Shown here: piece after piece, positions 29,129 through 38,086 of the stretch | Position numbering within the stretch: position 1 is the stretch's first letter | How the letters are laid out: the number at the start of each line of letters is the position of its first letter | NCBI GenBank assembly: GCA_011682385.1 | Contig: JAACET010000002.1 | Location: 1 to 49,536 of the forward strand | Source: Actinomycetota bacterium | Lineage (GTDB): Bacteria > Planctomycetota > Phycisphaerae > JAACET01 | Length of the DNA stretch: 49,536 bases | Direction of reading: 5' to 3' | Notes under the pieces: model-generated | The model's input: only the letters and a program-made list of their open reading frames with translations | Databases searched by the model: none | What the model was told of the DNA's origin: nothing | Made by a program: the position numbers and the translations under genes

Positions 29129-29965
29129 ATGGCATCATATTCGGCGGAAATAATTCAAAGAATACAGAAGAAGGCCCAAGAATTGAGAAAAGACATTATC
29201 AGTATGATCGCCAGGGCTGGATCCGGACATCCGGGCGGATCACTCTCGGCAATTGACATCATTGCCTGTCTTTACTATCAGCACATGCAGATTCGCCCGC
29301 AGGAACCAGGCTGGGACCATCGTGACAGGTTTGTTCTTTCAAAGGGACACTGCTGCCCCGCACTGTATTCGGTACTAGCCGACCTGGGATACTTTCCTCG
29401 ACATGAGCTAAAACATCTACGCAAGGTCGGTAGCAAACTTCAAGGACACCCTGACATGCACAAAACCCCCGGGGTGGACATGACCACCGGATCACTCGGG
29501 CAAGGGCTGTCTGTCGGCCTGGGTATGGCCTTGGGCGCAACAGTGCAAGCTAGAAAATTTGGCGTTTATGTAATGCTGGGCTGCGGAGAGATCAACGAAG
29601 GGCAGGTGTGGGAAGCTGCCATGGCCGCAGCTCACTTCAAGGCGGATAACCTGACAGCTATTCTGGATTATAACGGCCTGCAGATCGACGGCACAAACGA
29701 TGAAGTTATGTCCTTGGGGGATGTGGCTGGTAAATGGAAGGCTTTTGGCTGGAACGTGCTGGAAATCGATGGGCACAATATCCCAGCCATCCTATCCGCT
29801 TTGGAGGCCGCCGGAAACACCAGTGGCCGTCCCAGTATTCTAATTGCAAAAACCATCAAAGGTAAAGGTGTGTCGTTTATGGAAGACCGCTTTGATTGGC
29901 ACGGGCAACGTATCACAGAAGAGCAGGAGTCGTTGGCTTTGAGAGAATTACAACAGGAGGTTTAG
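29129..29965 (+). CDS. Transketolase, N-terminal (ThDP-binding) subunit of a split enzyme
   Basis: Motifs are GSGHPGGSLS, GHCCPALY, GSLGQGLSVGLGMA and GCGEINEGQVWEAAMAAAHFKADNLTAILDYNGLQIDG. Confidence 0.9.
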   Translation: MASYSAEIIQRIQKKAQELRKDIISMIARAGSGHPGGSLSAIDIIACLYYQHMQIRPQEPGWDHRDRFVLSKGHCCPALYSVLADLGYFPRHELKHLRKVGSKLQGHPDMHKTPGVDMTTGSLGQGLSVGLGMALGATVQARKFGVYVMLGCGEINEGQVWEAAMAAAHFKADNLTAILDYNGLQIDGTNDEVMSLGDVAGKWKAFGWNVLEIDGHNIPAILSALEAAGNTSGRPSILIAKTIKGKGVSFMEDRFDWHGQRITEEQESLALRELQQEV

Positions 29966-29970
29966 AATAA

Positions 29971-30912
29971 ATGGCAACAGCACGCGCAATCCGGGATGCC
30001 TTTGCCGAATCCTTGGTCGAGCTGGGCAAGGTCAATAAGAAAGTGGTAGTGTTGGATGCGGATCTGGCACACTGTAGCAGAACGTCGTGGTTTGCGAAAG
30101 AATACCCCGAGCGATTCTTCAACGCCGGAATCGCAGAACAGAACATGGTAGGCATGGCTGCCGGTCTAGCCACAACCGGCCTGATACCGTTTGCCCACAC
30201 ATTTGGGTTTCTTTTTTCTTCCAGGGCCTTGGATCAGGTAAGAACATCCATTTGCTATCCCAAACTCAATGTCAAGCTGGCCGGCGGCTATTCGGGCCTG
30301 TCCAACCCGCCAGACGGAGCCACACACCATTCAATCTGTGACTTGGCGATCATGAGATCTCTACCGAACATGACAGTTATTTCTGTCTCGGGTGACACGC
30401 AGACCGAGCAGGCCGTCACCGCAGCCGCAGAACACCAGGGCCCGGTATATCTACGCTTGGCCAGAACCGAATGCCCGCTATCCTGCAAGAAACAGGATTT
30501 CAAAATTGGCAGAGCCGTCGAACACTGCAGCTATGGCGACGATGTCGCTATCATAGCAACTGGTTTGGCCCTGGCTAACGCAATTAAGGCTGCTGAATTG
30601 CTTTTGGACAATGGTATCCAGGCAGAAGTAATGGAAATTCATACGCTTAAACCCATTGATTCCCAAGCCATTCTGGACCTTTCGGCTAGGACAAAGGCTG
30701 TCGTTACCGTTGAAGAACACAGTATCATTGGCGGGCTGGGCGGCGCCGTAGCTGAACTGCTGTCCGAAGGTCCATGTGTCCCCCTTGAGAGAGTCGGCAT
30801 CAGAGATACTTTCACTGAATCAGGCACTACTTATGAAGCGTTAATAGAAAAATATGGCCTGGCGCCCAGCGATATTATTGAGGCTGTCGAGCGAGTTTTA
30901 AAGAGAAGATGA
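29971..30912 (+). CDS. Transketolase, C-terminal (pyrimidine-binding plus C-terminal domain) subunit
   Basis: It starts 6 nt after the N-subunit stop. Motifs are FNAGIAEQNMVGMAAGLATTG, DGATHHSICDLAIMRSLPNM and VTVEEHSIIGGLG. Confidence 0.9.
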   Translation: MATARAIRDAFAESLVELGKVNKKVVVLDADLAHCSRTSWFAKEYPERFFNAGIAEQNMVGMAAGLATTGLIPFAHTFGFLFSSRALDQVRTSICYPKLNVKLAGGYSGLSNPPDGATHHSICDLAIMRSLPNMTVISVSGDTQTEQAVTAAAEHQGPVYLRLARTECPLSCKKQDFKIGRAVEHCSYGDDVAIIATGLALANAIKAAELLLDNGIQAEVMEIHTLKPIDSQAILDLSARTKAVVTVEEHSIIGGLGGAVAELLSEGPCVPLERVGIRDTFTESGTTYEALIEKYGLAPSDIIEAVERVLKRR

Positions 30913-31014
30913 GCGGTGTTCCAGATATATACCAGTCGGTTGAGAGTCTTAGCTGAACGAATGTCGTAGCAATAATAACAGATAGTCCGTACATCCAAAA
31001 GGATACCTTCGGCA

Positions 31015-32283
31015 ATGACTTCACGGGAAAGATTCATCGCGACACTAAATCACAGGCAACCAGACCGGGTGTGCGTGGACCTGGGATCTACAACCGTATC
31101 TACTGGAATTTCGGCAAGTACTCTGTCCAAACTTAGAATTGCTGTTCTGGGCGAAAAGGACTATCGGGTTAAGGTGATCGATCCATACCAGATGCTTGGC
31201 CTAATCGACGACAAGCTTCGAGATGCTTTGGGAATTGATGTGGTCGGGGTCTTTGGCAGCAGAACCATGTTTGGGTTCAAAAACACTGACTGGCAGCCTT
31301 TCGAACTCTTCGACGGCACGAGCGTACTGGTACCAGGAGATTTCAATGTGACAAGCAGCGCGAATGGCGATCTGCTGATATATCCGGAAGGTGACATGAC
31401 GGTCCCGCCCAGCGGGCGAATGCCAAAAGGGGGGTTTTATTTCGATGCCATCATCCGTCAACAGCCAATAGACGAGGCGAAATTGGATCCGGCCGATAAT
31501 TGTGAAGAATTCAGCCTACTCAGCGAAGAGGATATTCGGGGATTTGTCGACCAGGCGGAAAAGCAGGAAACGCAGACCAGTTGCGGCGTGATTATTTCCC
31601 TGCCGGGAACTGCCATAGGAGACATTGCCTTGATCCCGGCTCCTTATCTAAAACATCCCAAGGGAATCCGTGATGTCGAAGAATGGTATGTTTCTACTGT
31701 CACTCGAAAGGACTATGTACACGCTGTTTTTTCAGAGCAGACAAGAATTGCTGTCCAGAACATAAAACACCTCGGAAATGCCATCGGCAGCAGTGCACAG
31801 GCTGCTTTTGTGTGTGGAACCGATTTCGGCACACAACGGTCGCTGTTTATTTCGAAAGATACTTATCGAGAACTATACAGCCCCTATTATAAACAAATCA
31901 ATCGCGCCATTCATGATCACACCAACTGGAAAACTTTTAAGCATTCTTGCGGCAGTATCTTCGAACTCATCCCCGACATGATCGAAGACGGCTTCGATAT
32001 ACTTAATCCAGTCCAGTGTTCAGCGTCTAATATGGATCCGAAGACCCTTAAAAGAGAATTCGGCGATCAAATAGTCTTCTGGGGCGGCGGCGTGGATACC
32101 CAGAAGACACTACCGTTTGGAACGCCACAAGAAGTATACAAAGAGGTGCGCGAACGGATCGAAATCTTTAATGACGGTGGCGGGTTCGTCTTCAATCCCA
32201 TTCACAACATACAAGCCAATACCCCGGTCCAGAACATTATAGCTATGTTCAAGGCTATTCGAGATAGTGATAAATCGCCCTGA
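31015..32283 (+). CDS. URO-D-like family protein (H-S-C-G motif present)
   Basis: N-terminal MTSRERFIATLNHRQPDRV. FKHSCGS lies at nt ~31939-31956. The C-terminal end is FWGGGVDTQKTLPFGTPQEVYKEVRERIEIFNDGGGFVFNPIHNIQANTPVQNIIAMFKAIRD. Confidence 0.7.
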   Translation: MTSRERFIATLNHRQPDRVCVDLGSTTVSTGISASTLSKLRIAVLGEKDYRVKVIDPYQMLGLIDDKLRDALGIDVVGVFGSRTMFGFKNTDWQPFELFDGTSVLVPGDFNVTSSANGDLLIYPEGDMTVPPSGRMPKGGFYFDAIIRQQPIDEAKLDPADNCEEFSLLSEEDIRGFVDQAEKQETQTSCGVIISLPGTAIGDIALIPAPYLKHPKGIRDVEEWYVSTVTRKDYVHAVFSEQTRIAVQNIKHLGNAIGSSAQAAFVCGTDFGTQRSLFISKDTYRELYSPYYKQINRAIHDHTNWKTFKHSCGSIFELIPDMIEDGFDILNPVQCSASNMDPKTLKREFGDQIVFWGGGVDTQKTLPFGTPQEVYKEVRERIEIFNDGGGFVFNPIHNIQANTPVQNIIAMFKAIRDSDKSP

Positions 32284-32358
32284 GTTGACGATAGCGGATT
32301 GCGCCATGGCGCAGTGAGTGTACTAAGAGCAAGTGTATGCAAAAGAAAGGAAATTCAA

Positions 32359-33048
32359 ATGGAATGTAGTACCAAAGACATCATGAAAATGATTGACCAC
32401 TCCCTGCTTTTCCCCTGGTTTGACGCTGAAAAGCTGGAGGAAGGCTGTAAGATTGCTGTTGAATGTGACGTAGCGAGTGTCTGCATTATGCCCTTTTATG
32501 TGAAACGGTGTGCTGAAATCCTGGCTGGCAGCACGGTCAAGATCAGCACAACGGTGGGCTTTCCTCATGGTTGCAACACAACATCCACCAAGCTGGCCGA
32601 AGCAAAACAGGCCCTTGACGATGGTGGCGAGGAACTGGACATGGTCGCGAATTACAGCAAAGCACTCAGCGGCGACTGGGACTACGTGCGCGACGACATC
32701 AAAGCTGTGGTTGATGTCGCCCACGAGCGCGGCCAGAAAGTAAAGGTCATTTTCGAGAATTGCTACCTGACCGATGATCACAAAAAGAAAATGTGCGAGA
32801 TCTGTGGCGAAGTTCGCGCCGACTGGGTCAAGACATCCACAGGCTACGGCCGTAGCGGAGCCACAAATGAGGACCTTGCACTCATGCGCAAATACTGTCC
32901 AGAACATGTGGGCGTAAAGTCCGCCGGCGCAGAGCCGATTGGCGTGGATGAGCTGATCGAGGTAAGAGCCATAGGCGTCAGCCGTATAGGCGCGTACAAC
33001 ATGACGCCCATCATACGTGAACAATGCAAGTTGCGATTCGGGCAGTAG
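32359..33048 (+). CDS. deoC: Deoxyribose-phosphate aldolase (DeoC/LacD-type class I aldolase)
   Basis: AAAGGAA RBS, then ATG 32359. Motifs are MIDHSLL, VASVCIMPFYV, VGFPHG, ELDMV, VKVIFE and the Schiff-base lysine context DWVKTSTGYG. Confidence 0.85.
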   Translation: MECSTKDIMKMIDHSLLFPWFDAEKLEEGCKIAVECDVASVCIMPFYVKRCAEILAGSTVKISTTVGFPHGCNTTSTKLAEAKQALDDGGEELDMVANYSKALSGDWDYVRDDIKAVVDVAHERGQKVKVIFENCYLTDDHKKKMCEICGEVRADWVKTSTGYGRSGATNEDLALMRKYCPEHVGVKSAGAEPIGVDELIEVRAIGVSRIGAYNMTPIIREQCKLRFGQ

Positions 33049-33247
33049 TCACTCAGTGGAACCGCTTAGGTTAGCATCTGCCGAACCTCGGCCCTCAGCC
33101 ATTGCCCAAGCTAGATGACACAGAGAAATTCGCACACCATCTGGACCAAAGATGGGGAGCAGACCAAATGTTCTTGAGCCTTTTGGAAAAAGCGAAGAAT
33201 CTCGCCTGAGATCGCTTTGAAGCTCGATTCTACGGAGATATCTGGTT

Positions 33248-34639
33248 ATGAAAACGCTGCTTTTCTTCGACGATTGGTACCTGGACAAGCGAGTTAATTT
33301 CCAGCGGCACGTCTGTCAACCTGAACTTGTCGCCGAGTCGATACTGACCGAGCCCGGCAAAACATCGGGCGGCGGATATATGACGGCAATCTATGACGCC
33401 AAAGAAAACATCTACAAGCTATGGTTCAACGACTTTGGAGATATCTTTGTTCAGAGTCTGGTAATGAGATATGCCGAAAGTGAGGATGGCTACAATTGGC
33501 AGCCCAAAAGCGTAGAGGGGGTCAAGGATCGATTCGTCGATATGGTCGAAGGCCTTGTTTTCAGCGGGGAGCATAAGCTCTCGGAAGCAATGGTCTGGCG
33601 CGATCCGCTGGAAAAAGACCCGGCAAGGCGTTTCAAAATGCCTCACGTGGTTGCCGAAAGATACGATCCGATGCCTGTTGTTGAATGCCGATGGGCTTAC
33701 TCCGGCGACGGTATCCATTGGACCGTTGATCGGGAAAGGCCGTGGCTAGGGCATATTTCCGATACGGCCAACGTGCTTTTGCGTAATCCGCTGACAGGCA
33801 GGATTCAGATGACGATGCGCAAGCGTTGGGGTGACAGACGAGTCGCGCTAATCCAAAGCGACGATTTCGTTCACTGGACCCAGCCGCAGACAATAATCCA
33901 TCCGGACCCTCTCGATCCGGGCTGCGTGCACTTTTACGGAATGCCGCAGTTCTATTACGAGGGTTACTTTATAGGTTTTCTTTGGTTGATGCACACGGTG
34001 GCCGATGAAATCGGCCCGGCCAAGAATGCAGGCAAGGTGAACTGCCAGCTGACATACTCCTATGACGGATTAAACTGGAACAGAAGCCTTCGCGAGCCTT
34101 TTGTTCCCAATCGGGCGGAAGGTGAGTTTGGTGGCGGCTGTGTATATCCGAGCTCACTCATAGAAGCTCCGGATGGGACTCTGCGCGTATACTCGCCAGG
34201 TACGCTGTACGAACATCAGGGTTCTGACAAGGGCGAAAAAATCATTGACTGTGCTGCCCTTTCGTATCGCCTACGTAAGGATGGCTTTGTTAAACTCAAG
34301 GCCGACTTGGCCCGTGGACGCCTGATAACAAAAAGACTTAAGCTGAACGATCCGGCGATGTCCTTGAACGTTTGCGCTCCTTCCGGCCAGGTAAGCGTCC
34401 AAATCTCCGACATGGAAGGCAAGCCGCTACAGGGCTACAGGTTCGAAGATTGCCAGGAGTTTTCCGGCGACGATGTTGAATGGAAGCCTCGCTGGCGGGA
34501 CCATAAGGACCTGTCAGGAGCCATGGATGCTGAGGAAGGGGTCCGCATTGAAGTTATCGCGGATTCCGCCGAGCTGTACGCTATACATGTTGATTGTGGT
34601 CTTTGCATGAACGAGGGACCGATTGATAACATCTCGTAG
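33248..34639 (+). CDS. Cytoplasmic beta-propeller glycoside-hydrolase-like protein (second member of the pair)
   Basis: GGAG RBS. No signal peptide. LLFFDDWYLDKRVNFQRHV...YKLWFN...SEDGYNWQPK, SGDGIHWTVD and SYDGLNWNRS give the same blade pattern and layout as 22845..24257. Confidence 0.45.
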   Translation: MKTLLFFDDWYLDKRVNFQRHVCQPELVAESILTEPGKTSGGGYMTAIYDAKENIYKLWFNDFGDIFVQSLVMRYAESEDGYNWQPKSVEGVKDRFVDMVEGLVFSGEHKLSEAMVWRDPLEKDPARRFKMPHVVAERYDPMPVVECRWAYSGDGIHWTVDRERPWLGHISDTANVLLRNPLTGRIQMTMRKRWGDRRVALIQSDDFVHWTQPQTIIHPDPLDPGCVHFYGMPQFYYEGYFIGFLWLMHTVADEIGPAKNAGKVNCQLTYSYDGLNWNRSLREPFVPNRAEGEFGGGCVYPSSLIEAPDGTLRVYSPGTLYEHQGSDKGEKIIDCAALSYRLRKDGFVKLKADLARGRLITKRLKLNDPAMSLNVCAPSGQVSVQISDMEGKPLQGYRFEDCQEFSGDDVEWKPRWRDHKDLSGAMDAEEGVRIEVIADSAELYAIHVDCGLCMNEGPIDNIS

Positions 34640-34684
34640 CGAGTGTTGCATTGTCCCAATGTTCAGAAACATCCGAGGTAAGCA

Positions 34685-35809
34685 ATGAAAGTCACTGATA
34701 GAGGCACAGTTTTTGAGGCCCAAATCAACACAAACCGGCAGAGCTGCGCATTTCCTTCAATATGTGTTCTACCCAGTGGTCGGTGGATAAGCAGCTTTCG
34801 CGCAGCACCCACGAAGATCGCAACTACTGGCCAGCACGTATTGATCAGCTACTCTGACAATGAAGGGCGCAGCTGGTCGGAGCCGGTTTCTCCTTTTAGC
34901 CCCGCCAAAGTCAACGACAGGCCCGGATTGTTCCGTGCAGCGTGCCTAACGACTCTGGGGGAAAGCAGTTTATTGGCTAGTATACTTTGGGTTGATCATT
35001 CCGACCCGGCAATCCCCTTCTTCAATGAGGAAACACAGGGGCTGCTCGACTGTCGAATCTTCTTTTCTAGCTCGCACGACGGTGGCGAGACATGGTCCGA
35101 GCCGATAATCATGGATACCTCACCATTCAATGTGCCGACACCCATCACGGGGCCAACTTTGCTCTTGTCAGATGGTCGGCTGGCTTGCCAGTTTGAGCTA
35201 AATAAGCCTTATTACGATACGTCAATCTGGCGACATTCCTCGGTGATGATGTTTTCAGCAGATGGAGGAATAACTTGGCCGGAATATGCAGTTACCAGCA
35301 ACGATCCGGAAAATCGAATTTTCTACTGGGATCAAAGGCTTGGCGTTCTTGCTGACGGGTCCATCCTGGATATGTTCTGGACATATGACAATCGAGCAGG
35401 CCAATACTTGAACATTCATGCCAAACGCTCGACAGATAACGGACATAGCTGGTCCGACACGTGGGATACAGGCGTTCCCGGCCAGCCGGCCCAGCCGGTT
35501 TCAACTCCGGACGCCGGCATTGCCATGGTCTATGTGGATAGAACCGACCAACCAGTCATCAAGGTACGCAAAAGCAGCGATAGGGGCAGCACATGGCCCG
35601 AGGAGACGGAAGCCGTCATACACAAACCATCGCTGGTTTCTCAGACGCGGAAGAAGGGAGCGATGCAGGATGCCTGGGAAGAGATGGGTAAATTCTCGAT
35701 TGGGCTGCCGACCACTGCCTTGCTACCAAACGGCAACGTCATAGTGGTCTTCTACGCCGGACCCGAAACTGATCGAACGGACATTCACTGGGCCTGTGTA
35801 AACCTCTAG
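34685..35809 (+). CDS. BNR/Asp-box repeat six-bladed-propeller protein (sialidase-superfamily-like)
   Basis: Four canonical Asp-boxes (SHDGGETW, SADGGITW, STDNGHSW, SSDRGSTW) plus one degenerate (SDNEGRSW), spaced ~55-70 aa apart. No signal peptide. No clear (F/Y)RIP motif; AFPSI occupies the expected place. Confidence 0.7.
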   Translation: MKVTDRGTVFEAQINTNRQSCAFPSICVLPSGRWISSFRAAPTKIATTGQHVLISYSDNEGRSWSEPVSPFSPAKVNDRPGLFRAACLTTLGESSLLASILWVDHSDPAIPFFNEETQGLLDCRIFFSSSHDGGETWSEPIIMDTSPFNVPTPITGPTLLLSDGRLACQFELNKPYYDTSIWRHSSVMMFSADGGITWPEYAVTSNDPENRIFYWDQRLGVLADGSILDMFWTYDNRAGQYLNIHAKRSTDNGHSWSDTWDTGVPGQPAQPVSTPDAGIAMVYVDRTDQPVIKVRKSSDRGSTWPEETEAVIHKPSLVSQTRKKGAMQDAWEEMGKFSIGLPTTALLPNGNVIVVFYAGPETDRTDIHWACVNL

Positions 35810-35991
35810 AGTCCGGTACAACGAGAGAATTATAGCGGAAATAATCTGCCCCATTTCCTCTGCTGTTCTGGACCGGCCTCGCTTGCCTGGTTTGCGGGGT
35901 AATCTCTCGCCAACTGGCCGCAGGAAGGTTCGATGAGAAACGATGCCGATCAAGTGCTTGATCGCTGGTCCTGGGGCTTTACCCAGCTTGA

Positions 35992-36873
35992 TTAGATATC
36001 ACAATGTTTATTCAACAACTGTTTGAACGCCTTTAGGTGCCGAGCAACGATCTTAACGTTTGACTCGCGGGCAGTTTCCAGTGAATACCATCCCGTGTAG
36101 CTAATTGCTTTGAGAAAGGCCAAGGAATCCGAAATATCAGCCACGCCTTTGCCGATTTCTGTTTCATCCAACCAGTATCCCGCGGAACTGGGCAATCCCA
36201 CGCCTTGTTCGGTCTTCTTCACATCCTTAACGTGCGTATGAATCAACTTATCGCGGAACCGCTTCAGAGAAACTATTGGCTTTTCGTCCCCATAGCACGG
36301 ATTCGCTAAATCACCTACAAATAGGCACGGACCTTCCTGCAGGTTGTCATAAATCTCAGCCAAGGATTGCGTTGTAGCCTGCAATTGGGGAGTCATCCCC
36401 ACTGATTCGATACCTACGTTGAGGCCTTTGTTGCTGGCCATTTTTATAGTCTGGTCAAGACATCCAGTTAGAACCCGTCTTCCATCGCTGGCGGAAATTG
36501 TCGTCGGAAGCTTACTACCACAAGGCATTACTAGACTAGCACCTAACGCCTTGGCCGCTATTAGCATAGACCCAATAGTCTCCAGGCTTTTCTCCAGGTC
36601 AGCACCCGCCAGCCAATCGACATACAGAGCTACGCATGGAACCTGCATCTTCCTATCGGCAAGATCCCTGGCCAAGTCAGCTAGCCCATCGAGATTCAAG
36701 TGATCGCTTGCGTTTCCGTCAAACAGCGGTTCAATTCCAGTAATACCAAGAGCCAGAATAGAATCGAGGAACCGCCGACGAAAATTGCCCTGCGTCAGAA
36801 GCCTGCCAACGGTTTCGCTCACCATAAGGGATATTCTATTCAGGCCCATTTCAGTCTGCACTCCTCTGGGCAA
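35992..36873 (-). CDS. Sugar phosphate isomerase/epimerase (xylose-isomerase-like TIM barrel)
   Basis: LIHTHVKDV plus the general AP-endonuclease-2/TIM pattern (GIESVG, LFVGDLANP). An internal alternative start (MGLNRISL) lies at 36849. Confidence 0.7.
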   Translation of the reverse strand: MPRGVQTEMGLNRISLMVSETVGRLLTQGNFRRRFLDSILALGITGIEPLFDGNASDHLNLDGLADLARDLADRKMQVPCVALYVDWLAGADLEKSLETIGSMLIAAKALGASLVMPCGSKLPTTISASDGRRVLTGCLDQTIKMASNKGLNVGIESVGMTPQLQATTQSLAEIYDNLQEGPCLFVGDLANPCYGDEKPIVSLKRFRDKLIHTHVKDVKKTEQGVGLPSSAGYWLDETEIGKGVADISDSLAFLKAISYTGWYSLETARESNVKIVARHLKAFKQLLNKHCDI

Positions 36874-36882
36874 CCCATGCCT

Positions 36883-37929
36883 TTAGTGCTGGTCAGGCAG
36901 CTTATGTTTTGATTGTCGGATACTTTTAATCAAGCCAACAGCGTTATCCCAGAAAACCCTGCGGATGTCCTTTGCCGGCAAACTCACCAGCCGAGCTGCC
37001 CGTGACATAGCCCGCAACTGCTCGTAGATAACGAAAGTGGGCTGCATGGCAAAAATCCCCTGACCCCACTGAAAGCCCGGTCGCCCAATCGGCAGCCAGA
37101 ATAATCCGCACTCGATATAACGTCCCCGAAAACCTGCAGCAAGTAAGTTGTCGCTGCCGAACATCAGTCGAGACAAATCGTAGTTCTTGAAAATCTCCAT
37201 AAATACCAGCGGATCGCACACTGCCGACGTTTCCACATACACATTAGGCAAAGTATTGAGCCGATCAACCACTTGCTCGAACATGCCGGGCCTGAAGCAG
37301 CGGGCACAATGGGCCAAAACCCACTTGGAATTTGAATATCGTTTCGACAACACCTCGAGGTCACGAATGTTGCCCGGATCGACGATGGCTTTACGCTTCG
37401 AAAGGTGTAGCATAACCATCAGACCCAGCTCGTCTACTACCTTGATGATTCTTTCAGGCAAAAAGCTGCGTATCGGCGCTTCGGTTTTGTTTTTGGCAGT
37501 TGCACGGGTCATGTAGACTTTTAGCCCGACGGCCCGTGTTTGTAATATTTGCTCTCGCACGAAAGTAGCCGACATCCTCGGATCGGCAAAGAAGAGTCTG
37601 GCATCACCCCTTTCGGCAAACTTTCGTACTTGTTGTGAGGTATATTGGTTGACTTGATCAGAAGTTTGGCTGTTTCCAAGCGGAACAGGTAAAAGCAGGT
37701 TGTTGCAGGTACGTTTCGGAAAAATCATCTTCTGAAACTGTTTCAACAATTCCAGCGAGACCTTTGGTGGTCCGTCTTTGATGGCAAGATTGACATGGGT
37801 GTGTATATCAAAGATTCGTTTTGGCAGAAACCAATCGATATCTTCTCGGAAGATTGCCAGATCAGTGGGCGTAAGGGACAGCCCTCCCGGTCCCCAGAAC
37901 TTGGCTTTGCTTAGAGATTTCTTGGCCAT
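36883..37929 (-). CDS. Amidohydrolase-superfamily metal hydrolase (amidohydrolase_2/lactonase-like)
   Basis: N-terminal metal motif IFDIHTHVN. Later HLSK and LAHCARCF histidines, and the C-terminal MFGSDN aspartate, are typical of the TIM-barrel amidohydrolase_2 family. Confidence 0.65.
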   Translation of the reverse strand: MAKKSLSKAKFWGPGGLSLTPTDLAIFREDIDWFLPKRIFDIHTHVNLAIKDGPPKVSLELLKQFQKMIFPKRTCNNLLLPVPLGNSQTSDQVNQYTSQQVRKFAERGDARLFFADPRMSATFVREQILQTRAVGLKVYMTRATAKNKTEAPIRSFLPERIIKVVDELGLMVMLHLSKRKAIVDPGNIRDLEVLSKRYSNSKWVLAHCARCFRPGMFEQVVDRLNTLPNVYVETSAVCDPLVFMEIFKNYDLSRLMFGSDNLLAAGFRGRYIECGLFWLPIGRPGFQWGQGIFAMQPTFVIYEQLRAMSRAARLVSLPAKDIRRVFWDNAVGLIKSIRQSKHKLPDQH

Positions 37930-38086
37930 ACATTTATATCCTGGATTCCCAAAATAAATACCCGTAGACCTCCGACTGTTCTTTTCGACTCTATCACCTT
38001 ACAGCAAGATTACCATGGCAGTCCAAAACCAGATTAGCCATGTCTCATACAGTTATTACCACACAGGATATATTGGCTTAAAAGAA

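Noticed and set aside
32323-33024. 233-aa minus-strand ORF spanning almost all of deoC
   Set aside because: The plus-strand frame carries unmistakable DeoC motifs (VKTSTGYG and others). The antisense ORF has no recognisable features and is a codon-bias artefact.
35948-35963. Imperfect palindrome GATCAAGTGCTTGATC between convergent genes
   Set aside because: The arms are 7 bp with a 2-nt centre, which is too tight for a hairpin loop. It has no T-tract and no second copy, so it is plausibly chance.
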